A stretch of 57,979 nucleotides of DNA, from the IMG/VR virus record IMGVR_UViG_3300029988_000010, positions 1 through 57,979 of that record; one strand, 5' to 3'. The notes beneath the pieces were generated by a model. It was not told where the DNA came from. It ran no database searches and saw nothing but the letters and a program-made list of their open reading frames with translations. A program made the translations under genes and the position numbers. This document shows, one piece after another, positions 16,730-25,455 of the stretch; position 1 is the stretch's first letter; every line of letters starts with the position of its first letter. Source of the stretch: a virus (Duplodnaviria; Caudoviricetes).

Positions 16730-19630
16730 TCAGAACGGCATATTGCTGCCGGGCTTGGCCCGATTGCCTTCGCGGATCGCTTGGCGCACCTGGTTCGCGG
16801 CCTCGTGACGATGCTCTTTCAGCGCAGCCCTGAAATCGTCGGGCGAACTGCCGTCCGTGGCGGCGTGATAGTGGTAGTCACCGTTCATATTGATGGTGTG
16901 GCCACCGCCCCCACCGGTGCCATCGCCATCACCCCTACCCGGACCAGCGGCGACAGCATTCATCAGCGCCGTGTTGTCGGCCTTGGGGATGATGCGCTCA
17001 CCCGCGTGGATCTGGGCGATCATGTCGGTTGGCAGGACGTTGGTGCCAACATCGAGGCTTGCGAGACCCTTGTAGGCTGCGACACCCGAGAACGCGACTG
17101 CCGCCGCCGCTGGCGCCAGGATGGGACCGACGATTGGGATTCCAACGACGGCCTTATACGCGCCGCCAGCCGCTTGAGCGGCGTCGGCCATGATCGCCGG
17201 ACCGGCCGTCGCCGCCGTGATCGCCTTGGATGTGGTGGCGGCCGTGGCGTCAGAGGTAACCCTGGCGGCATTGCCGGCGGCGGTGGCGGCTGTCTGCGCA
17301 GTCTGGCTAGTTACAACGGCCGCCGTCTTCTGCGTCTGCGTCAGCAGGTGGATCAGCAGGCCACCCTTCTCGGTCGCCGCGTCGGAGGCGCCGATCTCGG
17401 CATTCAGCAGCGCGTGCTCGGTCCAATACCGGACGTCCGCTTCAATCTCCTTCGTCGCCGTTTCCAGCGCCAACCGCTCCAGGATCTGGCCGAGTGTTTC
17501 GCGACCGCCCATGATGCCGGAAACGAGTTCATTTTCCGCCGAGAGGATTTCCGAGTTGGCTTCCTTCCATGCCTTCGCGGAATTATCCGCCGTCTGGCGC
17601 GCCAGTTCGCTGAGTTTCGCGGCCTTGGCCACTTCCGCCGCGATGATGGCGTCGCCAGCCTGTTTGGTGGCGTCAACTTCATCCTTTTTCGCCGCCTTGT
17701 ATTCAGCCGTACCCTCCGCCGCGAGGGCTTCAATGAATTTGTCGGTCGCGATCCGTATGGCGAGGATACGGTTGGCGGCATCCTCGGCGTCCTTTTCCTG
17801 CTGATCGATCAGGGCCTTGATCTGGACGGTGGCCTGGGCCTTGCTGAGAACGCCCTTCTTTTCGGCGTCCTCGACATCCTTGATCTGTTGGTCGGTCGCT
17901 TCCTTCTGCCGCGAAGCCTTTTGCTGGATTTCGTCGATATCGTGCGTGTCCGCGTCCTGGCGCGCCGCGATCTCGTCGCGGATGCCTTGGATCGCCTGCT
18001 CGTGGGTGAGCTGGTCGACCTTTATGCGGATCGCCGCCTGGTCCTTCGACGTCAGCCCCATAGCCTGGGCGAGGCCCTGGATTTCCGACCAATAGGCCAG
18101 TTCCGACGCCTTCATGTCGGTAATCATGGTATTGTGGGAGGCTTCTTCCTTGTCAAACTCCTCCTGCAGCGCCTGCATGTCGGACTCGTCGCCGGCACCG
18201 CTGTCGGCCTTCGCCTTGGGCGTCTTCGGCGTGTCCGACTTGGCCGCCTGGGCGCGCGCCGCGGCGGCTTCCTGCTCGTAGAGCGCCTTGTTGGTCGGGT
18301 CGGCGGCCACCGCCTTGTTCAGATTGTCGTTGATCTCCTGCAACGTGATCTTGAGCTTTTCGCCACTGGTGCGCGAGGCCTCGAACTGCTCGTGCAGCTT
18401 GGCCGCCGCCGCGACGCCGTCGGTCTGGACCTGGGCGTCGTGACCGTGAATCTGCGCGAGCCGCTCGGCCGCCGCCTCGTTCTGCTGGACGACGGCCAGC
18501 TGTTTCTGCGCGGCGGCGAGCTCCGCGTCGAGGTTAGGATTGCGTCCCGCGCCACCTTCGCCCGCGATCAGACGCTGATAATTGCCGATCTGCTCCTGGA
18601 TGGCGTGCATCTGATCGGCATTGGAATTGCGCCCGACCGACTTCATGTCGTCCCAGACGCCCGCGACAGTGGCGCCGAGAGTCCGCCATGCGGTCTCCAG
18701 GAAGCCCAGATTCTCCGGCGCCTGCTTGCCGAGGTAGTTGTAGACATCCTCGGCGAGGGCGTGTTCGGCCTCTTCCTTGCGGCCCTGGTCCTCAAGCTGC
18801 TGGATGTACTGGACCTGGGCCGTGGTCAGCTGGTGATAGTGCTCCTGATACTCCTGGGCGAACTTGGCGACGCCGGAGTCCATCTTCTCGAACTCGGCGT
18901 TGAACTTGTCCGCGCTCTCCCCGGTCAGCTGGCTCATCCGGGTGGAGTCGGCCCCGATCAAGGCCAGGGTCTGGCCGGTGAACTTGCCGCTGGCGGCCAG
19001 GTTCATCAGCTCCTTGGTCGCCGTCCCGACGCCCTCATGGGCGAAATTCGCCAGGGTCTGGGCCGTGACCTGGATCTGCGAGATGGTGACGCCGGAAATC
19101 CCGTTGGTCGCCTCCAACGAATTGTTGAATTTGGCGACCTCCTCGGAACCCTGTTCGGCGGCGATGCCGAAGGCGACCATCGGCGCCGCGACCGCCACCA
19201 CGCCAGCGGCGACCAGCAGGAATTCGGGCGTCAGCAGGCCGAGCTTGCCGGCGAGGATGGTCGCCGACCCCGCCATGCGGTTGAAGTTGCCGCGGGACAG
19301 CTCGCGCGCCATCACCAGGCTTTCGCGCGTGATCCCCGCCATGCCGGAATGCACGCCGCCGAGCGCCTCCTCGGCGACCTTGGCGCCGCCGGCCATGCCA
19401 CGCAGCTCGCCGTTGATCAGGGCGACCTGGGCTTTGGCGCGCGCCACGCCGTCGGCGGCGGCCAACATCGCAACGCGCTGCGCATCCGTCGCCGGGACCG
19501 TATCCTTGGTCGCCCTGACGAGATCGTTCAGGTCCTTCTGGTAGGCCTTTTGCGCCGCCGACGCCTGCGCGAGCCCGACTGTCAGTCCGGCGACATCGGC
19601 GGTGATCGAGACGGCGACGTTGTTGGGCAT
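16730..19630 (-). CDS. Tape measure protein
   Basis: Long Ala-rich helical ORF after the chaperones; IHAGERIIP C-terminal motif. Confidence 0.9.
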   Translation of the reverse strand: MPNNVAVSITADVAGLTVGLAQASAAQKAYQKDLNDLVRATKDTVPATDAQRVAMLAAADGVARAKAQVALINGELRGMAGGAKVAEEALGGVHSGMAGITRESLVMARELSRGNFNRMAGSATILAGKLGLLTPEFLLVAAGVVAVAAPMVAFGIAAEQGSEEVAKFNNSLEATNGISGVTISQIQVTAQTLANFAHEGVGTATKELMNLAASGKFTGQTLALIGADSTRMSQLTGESADKFNAEFEKMDSGVAKFAQEYQEHYHQLTTAQVQYIQQLEDQGRKEEAEHALAEDVYNYLGKQAPENLGFLETAWRTLGATVAGVWDDMKSVGRNSNADQMHAIQEQIGNYQRLIAGEGGAGRNPNLDAELAAAQKQLAVVQQNEAAAERLAQIHGHDAQVQTDGVAAAAKLHEQFEASRTSGEKLKITLQEINDNLNKAVAADPTNKALYEQEAAAARAQAAKSDTPKTPKAKADSGAGDESDMQALQEEFDKEEASHNTMITDMKASELAYWSEIQGLAQAMGLTSKDQAAIRIKVDQLTHEQAIQGIRDEIAARQDADTHDIDEIQQKASRQKEATDQQIKDVEDAEKKGVLSKAQATVQIKALIDQQEKDAEDAANRILAIRIATDKFIEALAAEGTAEYKAAKKDEVDATKQAGDAIIAAEVAKAAKLSELARQTADNSAKAWKEANSEILSAENELVSGIMGGRETLGQILERLALETATKEIEADVRYWTEHALLNAEIGASDAATEKGGLLIHLLTQTQKTAAVVTSQTAQTAATAAGNAARVTSDATAATTSKAITAATAGPAIMADAAQAAGGAYKAVVGIPIVGPILAPAAAAVAFSGVAAYKGLASLDVGTNVLPTDMIAQIHAGERIIPKADNTALMNAVAAGPGRGDGDGTGGGGGHTINMNGDYHYHAATDGSSPDDFRAALKEHRHEAANQVRQAIREGNRAKPGSNMPF

Positions 19631-19650
19631 GGTGAGTTCCCCGCGCGGGT

Positions 19651-19950
19651 TCAGTCCGTCACGTCCGGCAGCGGGCTTTCCCACTCGCCATCGTCGTCAT
19701 CATCGCCACCGGCGCCTGAGGCGCACCCGGTGCGCTCGGGCGGGGCCCACCACTTCATGCCGCGGAAGTAGTCGGCGACCAGCTGGTCGGCCGGCGGTCG
19801 TTCCGCCAGCTGCCATTCCATCTCTTCGTAGAGCGGCCAGGTCAGGTTGGCCCACCAATAGTCCCGGGTGTGGCCGAAGTAGCGGCAGGCGTTGAGAACC
19901 ACGCCCTCCCAGTTTGGGTCGGGGACTAGGTCGCCCCGGTCGCTTCCCCC
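19651..19950 (-). CDS. Tail assembly chaperone extension (GT-like) via -1 frameshift
   Basis: GGGGGAA at 19944-19950; the -1 frame is open to TGA at 19651. Confidence 0.75.
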   Translation of the reverse strand, partial: GGSDRGDLVPDPNWEGVVLNACRYFGHTRDYWWANLTWPLYEEMEWQLAERPPADQLVADYFRGMKWWAPPERTGCASGAGGDDDDDGEWESPLPDVTD

Positions 19951-20390
19951 GGCTCTTCGTCCGTTTCGACGTCGTCAGCCGACGCCTCCCGGATCACGAA
20001 CAGGCCAGACTGACGGCGCACCGTGAGCCACGCCAGCTGCCGGTCGAATTCGGTCATCGGCCAGGAGTCCAGCTCGTCCCGCGTCAGGTCGGGATGAGCC
20101 GCGCTCAGGCCGACAAACAGCGGCCCCATCACCAGGCGGTCGAAATCCTCGTTGGCGAGCGACGTGAACACACCGCCCATCGCCGCCATGTTGCGACTTC
20201 CCGCGCCTTCACCGCCATCGTCCGCCGGCGCAACGGCGATCGCCGCGTTGATCAGCCCCTGCAGCTCCAGCAATTCCTTGCGGCACTTCTTCAGGTCGCG
20301 CCAGACCAGCTGCGGGATCGGCCATGATTTGGCGTTCAATGTGACGAAGGCGGTCGTCTCTACCGGTAGCCCTTGAGCGGGGTCGGTCAT
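19926..20390 (-). CDS. Tail assembly chaperone (G-like)
   Basis: Position and slippery site at its 3' end. Confidence 0.8.
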   Translation of the reverse strand: MTDPAQGLPVETTAFVTLNAKSWPIPQLVWRDLKKCRKELLELQGLINAAIAVAPADDGGEGAGSRNMAAMGGVFTSLANEDFDRLVMGPLFVGLSAAHPDLTRDELDSWPMTEFDRQLAWLTVRRQSGLFVIREASADDVETDEEPGEATGAT

Positions 20391-20405
20391 CGTCTCTCCT
20401 TTGCG

Positions 20406-20834
20406 CTAGCGCGCGTATTTGTTTGAGTGTTTCGCCCGGTGCTCGGACATCTTGTGGTTCGCACCGTCGATCATTTCGGGGTGATCGATCGACTGGGTGA
20501 CGATCTTGCCGAAGCTGCCGGTGACCACACCGGCCTTGTCGGTGATCAGGATCAGGTCGCTGGACAGGTCGAGGTTGCCGAGCCGCGCCAGGACGCCCAG
20601 CAGGGCGCGCCGGTTGGCGCGGATGTCCCGCACGTTGTCGCAGGCGATCGGCGCTTGCCGATCGAGCACCCGGTGGCCGCAGATCTTGCGGCCCACATGG
20701 CGGCGGATGTGATCGACCTCCAGCTGCGAGAGCTGGAAATCGGCCATGATCTGCTCGACCGGCACGCCGTTGGCCAGGTTCTGAAACACCAGCCGCCGCA
20801 TCCGGCCGAGCGCTCGGCGATCGTCTTCGGTCAT
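20406..20834 (-). CDS. Hypothetical protein with possible HTH, inserted in the tail module
   Basis: LANGVPVEQIMADFQLSQLEVDHIRR; AGGA SD. Confidence 0.65.
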   Translation of the reverse strand: MTEDDRRALGRMRRLVFQNLANGVPVEQIMADFQLSQLEVDHIRRHVGRKICGHRVLDRQAPIACDNVRDIRANRRALLGVLARLGNLDLSSDLILITDKAGVVTGSFGKIVTQSIDHPEMIDGANHKMSEHRAKHSNKYAR

Positions 20835-20842
20835 ATTTTCCT

Positions 20843-20962
20843 GCCCTATCGCTCGCTGGCGCTCGCTGCTTGAGGGCGTATTTGCGCGCCCTAGCGACTG
20901 CTTGCGCTCGCTGCTTGAGAGCGCATGGCGCGGACTCAAGCAGCGAAGCGGTAGTCCGCGCC
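20843..20962. repeat. Cluster of three CAAG elements (two on -, one on +)
   Basis: 20843-20877, 20884-20924 and 20927-20962. Confidence 0.9.
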
Positions 20963-20969
20963 TTGAAGG

Positions 20970-21728
20970 TTAAGCCGCGTCCGCGAACGTGGCCGTGCCG
21001 AGGGAGCCATTGGTCCCGACGAAGGCCATGTAGTCGAGCGAGGAGCTGCCGAAGCCGCTCTTTTTCAGTGAGTGGCTGTAGCCGCCGGCGATGCAGTTGG
21101 TGAACACGAAGATGTCCTGCTGGGCGCCCCAGGGCAGCACGTGCACCGCCTGGAACTGGCCGGTCAGGCCTTGCGGCTGGTTGTTCATGGCGATGGTCGC
21201 GCCGGTCGTGGTGATCGAATAGGCGTAGGAGATGGCGTAGCTGACGCCCTCATCGCCGGCCGCGAAGGTGTAGACGCCGGCGGTGACCATATAGGACTTG
21301 CCGGCCACCGGCGCCGAGGCGACGCAGGTCAGGATCGCGCCCGTGGTCGGATTGACCACGCCCAGATCGAACAGGAAGGTCGCCGAGTTGACGACGGTCC
21401 CGGTGTAGGGCGACGACGCGGCGACGGCGACGAGCTCGCCATCGGCCTCGAGGTAGGAACCGGAGGCCTGGGTGTCGCCGAGCATGATGTCGGAGAGGAT
21501 GCGCGGCTGGGTCTTGCCCATCTCGACCTTGCCGCTGACGTCCATCTCGCCGGCGCCGACGGCCAAGGCCATCTGATATTCGCCGAACAGGCTCTCGGTC
21601 TTGCGCTTGAAGTCGATCGACTGGCTTTGCGGCACGAAGGCGCGCGCCGGCGTCGGGTTGTTTTGATTGGCGGTGGCGAAAACGCGGCCGGCGCCGAAGG
21701 TGGGTTTGCCGGAAAGGGGTTGGACCAT
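20970..21728 (-). CDS. Major tail tube protein
   Basis: Size, position and beta-rich composition; leader shared with the MCP gene. Confidence 0.8.
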   Translation of the reverse strand: MVQPLSGKPTFGAGRVFATANQNNPTPARAFVPQSQSIDFKRKTESLFGEYQMALAVGAGEMDVSGKVEMGKTQPRILSDIMLGDTQASGSYLEADGELVAVAASSPYTGTVVNSATFLFDLGVVNPTTGAILTCVASAPVAGKSYMVTAGVYTFAAGDEGVSYAISYAYSITTTGATIAMNNQPQGLTGQFQAVHVLPWGAQQDIFVFTNCIAGGYSHSLKKSGFGSSSLDYMAFVGTNGSLGTATFADAA

Positions 21729-21733
21729 GGCGG

Positions 21734-21792
21734 GGCTCCATCAAAGGGAAAGGCGCGCTTCACAGCGGGCCGCGGCAGCCTTGCCCAAGGGC
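21734..21792 (-). promoter_or_regulatory. Conserved 5' leader of the tail tube gene
   Basis: Near-identical to 31727-31784. Confidence 0.85.
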
Positions 21793-21821
21793 CGAAAGGG
21801 CGGTGAGCCGCGGGAAGCGGA

Positions 21822-22067
21822 TCAGGCGGCAGGCTTGTCGGCGACCGGCTGCGCGGCGACCTTCGCGTCGACCCGCGCCTTGGCCGGCTTGGCCGGTTTG
21901 GCGGCGGCGGCGGGCGCACCGGGTGCGCCGGACTCGAGCCGCTTGATCAGCGCCGGCAGGGCCGTGACGACCTGGTTGTAGGCATCGGTGGCCCGGCCGA
22001 GCGCGCCGGTCGCCAGATGCTCGCGGAACCATTCGTTGACGGTTTCGGCGTGGGGGGTCTTGGACAT
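21822..22067 (-). CDS. Hypothetical protein with Ala/Lys/Pro-rich tail
   Basis: Fills the gap in the operon. Confidence 0.6.
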   Translation of the reverse strand: MSKTPHAETVNEWFREHLATGALGRATDAYNQVVTALPALIKRLESGAPGAPAAAAKPAKPAKARVDAKVAAQPVADKPAA

Positions 22068-22112
22068 CGTGAGGTTCCCTGGCTTCGCGCCACATCAGCG
22101 CGGTGAAAATCC

Positions 22113-22150
22113 GCGCTCAAGCAGCGCGCACGGCGTGCGCGCGTTAGCGC
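22113..22150 (+). repeat. CAAG element whose inner hairpin is the 17-bp palindrome
   Basis: GCGCT-CAAGCA-GCGCGCACGGCGTGCGCGC-GTT-AGCGC. Confidence 0.9.
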
Positions 22151-22171
22151 CACGCAAAAACTCGCTTCCCG

Positions 22172-22804
22172 TCAGGGAAGCGTGATCCGGATCGGCAGCT
22201 TGGCGAGCGCCTGAGGGTCCAGGTCGCCAGGCGAGGAGTCGGTGCGGCCTTCGATGCGGCACCAGTACACCAGTCCGCCCAGGGTGAACTTGGGATCGCC
22301 GTAGTCGCCATCGGGGGCGAAGCTCTGGCGCACCATCCGTTCAAGAGCGGTCAGCCCGGTGTCCGGCGCCAGGTCGGGGTTCTGGCCGGCGTTGCAGTAG
22401 ATCCAGCCCTCGCACTCCAGCGTGGTGACCATAAAGGTTTCCTGGTCCTCGTCGGTGGCCCCAATGCGGCGCAGGAACAGGGCGGGCTGGGCGGCAACCT
22501 CCGACCAGTGTTGGACGCGCCGCCCGAATGTCTGGAACCCGGCGATGAACGCGGCGTCGGTCGCCGCGGAGGCCAGAGGGTCCGACAGGGTAATCGTCGC
22601 CGCGTCGGGATCGAGCGACAGGATGGTCACGCCCTTCACGGCGCCGGGACCGAATACAGGCAGTCCGGGGAACAGGCCATCAAAGTTGCTGACGTCGGTT
22701 AGGACCGCGCTGGCCGCCGCCGCATTCGCGGTCAGACCCACGGCGCAGGTCGCCTGCCAATGCGCCAACAGCGCGGCCATCGGCGTTTCGAAGTCAATGT
22801 TCAT
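22172..22804 (-). CDS. Tail terminator/completion-like protein
   Basis: Position; QPALF and TLGGLVYWCRIEG motifs. Confidence 0.6.
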   Translation of the reverse strand: MNIDFETPMAALLAHWQATCAVGLTANAAAASAVLTDVSNFDGLFPGLPVFGPGAVKGVTILSLDPDAATITLSDPLASAATDAAFIAGFQTFGRRVQHWSEVAAQPALFLRRIGATDEDQETFMVTTLECEGWIYCNAGQNPDLAPDTGLTALERMVRQSFAPDGDYGDPKFTLGGLVYWCRIEGRTDSSPGDLDPQALAKLPIRITLP

Positions 22805-22816
22805 AACAGTCCTCGC

Positions 22817-22846
22817 GCACGACCGCGCGTCGCGCTGCTTGAGTGC
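22817..22846 (-). repeat. CAAG element
   Basis: GCACT-CAAGCA-GCGCG A CGCGC-GGT-CGTGC on the minus strand. Confidence 0.8.
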
Positions 22847-23352
22847 TAGGCGTTGGCCTTCGCCACGGCCGCCTCGACGACGGCGTTGAGCCGGGCGGTG
22901 ATCTCCGGCTGCATCGCCGCCAGCGGCCCGCGCTCGAAGGCGCGTTCGGTGATATCGACGGTGCGCGAATAGGCCTCGACCAGCACGGTCTGCGGCGCCG
23001 AGAGCTTCAGCGACCAGTAATGGTCGAGCTTCATCGCGTGCGACCGGACCTTGGTCGGACGATGCGCGCCGTATTCTTCCGCCGCCGCCTTGGCGAAGTC
23101 CTGCGAGCCCTTGGCGCCCTCGATGTCGACGTAGCCGGTGATCCGGGTCGGATCGGTGAACAGCCGCAGCCGCTCCGAGCTGCGCAGCTTGCCGGTCAGG
23201 CTGGGCGTCGCGGCCTCGACGCGGGCGAGCAGCTCCGCGGAGAGCTGGTCGATCGCCGTCTTCAGGTCGTCGTAAAGGGCGTCGGGGAACTGCTCGAACC
23301 GTAGCCCGACTTGGCGGATGCCAGTGACGTCAATGTGGATCAGATCGGTCAT
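22846..23352 (-). CDS. HK97 gp10-like neck/tail completion protein
   Basis: TPSLTGKLRSS and EYG motifs. Confidence 0.7.
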   Translation of the reverse strand: MTDLIHIDVTGIRQVGLRFEQFPDALYDDLKTAIDQLSAELLARVEAATPSLTGKLRSSERLRLFTDPTRITGYVDIEGAKGSQDFAKAAAEEYGAHRPTKVRSHAMKLDHYWSLKLSAPQTVLVEAYSRTVDITERAFERGPLAAMQPEITARLNAVVEAAVAKANA

Positions 23353-23358
23353 ACTTAC

Positions 23359-23428
23359 GTTGCCCTATCGCTCGCATTCGCTCGCTGCTTGAGGGCGACC
23401 GGCTCAGGCAGGCCGAAGGCCGGTCAGG
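23359..23428. repeat. CAAG element (-, 23359-23399) plus degenerate inverted copy (+, about 23401-23428)
   Basis: GTCGCCCT-CAAGCA-GCGAGC GAAT GCGAGC-GAT-AGGGCAAC; T-CAGGCA-GGCC GAA GGCC-GGT. Confidence 0.85.
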
Positions 23429-24341
23429 CGAGCGTCGGGACGCGGAAATCGTCCAGCGCGGCCTCGATGTCGGGCGGGAACTGGCCAGACTGACCGGGCG
23501 CGTTGCCGAACCACCAGCGCCGCGTCCCCAGCGCTGGAGAATCCTGCTGGATCAGCGACGGGTCACGCCCCTTGGCGGCGAACCGCGCCGTGATCAGCCG
23601 CAGGCAGATGCCAATCAGGTCATCGGGAATATCCAGGGTCGCATAGACGAAGGCAAGCGCCTGACCCTCGTCGGCGGGGTTGAAGGTGTAGACGCCGGCG
23701 GCGACGCTGAACTGACCCTGCGCCGGGCCTTCCGCAACCTGCGTCAGCGGCGCACCGCTCGCGTAGGCGACGGACTGGGCGCAGGAGAAGGTTTCGGCCT
23801 GGGCGACCGTGACCTGGTAGGGCGCCGAGACAGGAACCGTGCCGGCCTCGGTGACCAGGGCCCCGAAGCCAGCGGTATAGGTCACGGTGACGGGCAGCGC
23901 CTCCCAGAGGGTGGCCACCCCGGTGAAGGGGTTGAGGCGCAGCAGCTGGCCGGTCTCGAGGTTGACCCGATAGTCCGTGCCCGCGTTGAGCGTCTGGGTG
24001 GTCGCGGGCGTGGTCGCCGATCTTGGCGCCAGGGTCTGGATCACCGAGACGACCGCCAGCGCCGGCCAGCGGGTCAGCTGCAGCTGGGCGAAACCGCCGG
24101 GCGTCTGATAGGGATAGGCGTCCTGCTCGATGTCGAACGCGTCCTGCAGATACTCCGGCGCGAAGCTCCGCTTGCAGTGCCGCTCGATCGCGCGGGACAC
24201 CTGGGCGATCGCGCGGGTCAGCCAGGCGTCGTTCGAGGTGTCGCTCGCCTTGAGCTCCAACTCATCCTTCACCGTCCCCAGGTCGGTCAGGTTAGTGCTG
24301 GCGGCCGGGCCGAGCACCGTCGTGACGACGCTGTAGCCCAT
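23424..24341 (-). CDS. Head-tail connector/adaptor (gp6-like) with inserted domain
   Basis: LTDLGTVKDEL...AIERHCKRSF...VTYTAGF...IPDDL. Confidence 0.8.
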   Translation of the reverse strand: MGYSVVTTVLGPAASTNLTDLGTVKDELELKASDTSNDAWLTRAIAQVSRAIERHCKRSFAPEYLQDAFDIEQDAYPYQTPGGFAQLQLTRWPALAVVSVIQTLAPRSATTPATTQTLNAGTDYRVNLETGQLLRLNPFTGVATLWEALPVTVTYTAGFGALVTEAGTVPVSAPYQVTVAQAETFSCAQSVAYASGAPLTQVAEGPAQGQFSVAAGVYTFNPADEGQALAFVYATLDIPDDLIGICLRLITARFAAKGRDPSLIQQDSPALGTRRWWFGNAPGQSGQFPPDIEAALDDFRVPTLA

Positions 24342-25181
24342 CTATTTCACCCCCGCCGCGAGCGCCCAGGCCCGCACGTAATCCACCGTCATATCCCCGC
24401 CTTGCCATCCGGCGGCCGGCAGGTTGTTGTTCCAGCTGCCCGGACCGACGGCCAAGGCCAGCAGGATATACATGTGGGTGTGGAAGCCCGGGTTGGGGAT
24501 CGAATAGGTCGCGACGTCGTCGATGAAGAAGGTGAGGACCGTGGGAGTCCAGAGCACGCCGTAGATATGGTCGACGCTTCCGTCGACGCCCTTGCACTCG
24601 TTGGCGTTGCTGCTGGTGACGGTGTTCTCGGCCCATTGATTGGCCGGCGGCGTCGCGAGATGCCAGGACTGGAAGGCCGACCCTGGCGTCGAACCGAGCG
24701 CCTCAAGGATGTCGATCTCCATATTGGCGTCGAGCGGCGTGTTGCGGCCCAGCAGGAAGAAGGCGGGCCACATGCCGGGCGCGACCTCAGCCCGCAGCTT
24801 AGCTTCGAAATAGCCGTAGGTCTGGCTGAACGACCAGTAGGTGGTCAGCGCGCCGGAGGTCCAGGCCTTGCCGCCATTCACCGGCAGCGAAGGTTTGGCG
24901 CAGGGCCGCGCCTGGATCAGCAGCTGATCGTCGGTGACGATCCAGGGCGTGACGCCGTTGTAGCCGGGTCCGGAGAAGATCTGCAGGTCGCCGTTGCCAT
25001 ATTCCCGCGACGACGGTGCGTTCGGCTCGCCATACCAGAACTCGCTGGTCCAGACCGCCGCCTTGGCGTTTAGCGGGGCGGTGAAGTCTTCCTCGAACGT
25101 CAGCGCCCCGAGCACGGTCGCGCGATTAAGCGCGGTCCCGGCGGCGCTGAAGGGCGAGCTGGAATAGGTTTGAGCGACCAT
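24342..25181 (-). CDS. Glycoside hydrolase family 16
   Basis: YGYFEA, GMWPAFFL, EIDILE (ExDxxE), VDYVRAW. Confidence 0.9.
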   Translation of the reverse strand: MVAQTYSSSPFSAAGTALNRATVLGALTFEEDFTAPLNAKAAVWTSEFWYGEPNAPSSREYGNGDLQIFSGPGYNGVTPWIVTDDQLLIQARPCAKPSLPVNGGKAWTSGALTTYWSFSQTYGYFEAKLRAEVAPGMWPAFFLLGRNTPLDANMEIDILEALGSTPGSAFQSWHLATPPANQWAENTVTSSNANECKGVDGSVDHIYGVLWTPTVLTFFIDDVATYSIPNPGFHTHMYILLALAVGPGSWNNNLPAAGWQGGDMTVDYVRAWALAAGVK

Positions 25182-25192
25182 CGGGCTTCTCC

Positions 25193-25455
25193 CTACTGCA
25201 CGCCGCGGAGCAGCTGTCCGGTGCAGAACCGGTTCGCGGCCGGCAGCACCCCGGAGGCGGTCAGGTTGTAGACATCGACGTCGGCGTTATCGTTCGACGG
25301 CACATGGGTCTGGCTTTGCACCAGGCCGGTATCCAGCAGGCTGTCCCAGCTGCAAACGATGACATCGCCGGCGCGCGCCCATACTCAACCGTCATCGCAT
25401 CGCCCTTCCAGTCCGCGCCGGGAACGCTGTTGTTCCAAGGCGCCGGAACAACCGA
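25193..25455 (-). pseudogene. Two fused gene remnants (GH16 C-terminus plus an unrelated C-terminus)
   Basis: 25455-25372 encodes PAPWNNSVPGADWKGDAMTVEYGRA; another frame gives a start-less 59-codon tail ending at TAG 25193. Confidence 0.7.

Noticed and set aside
16781-19771. Long antisense ORFs (996 aa here, 807 aa at 33495-35918, and others)
   Set aside because: Shadow frames of high-GC genes with no motifs.
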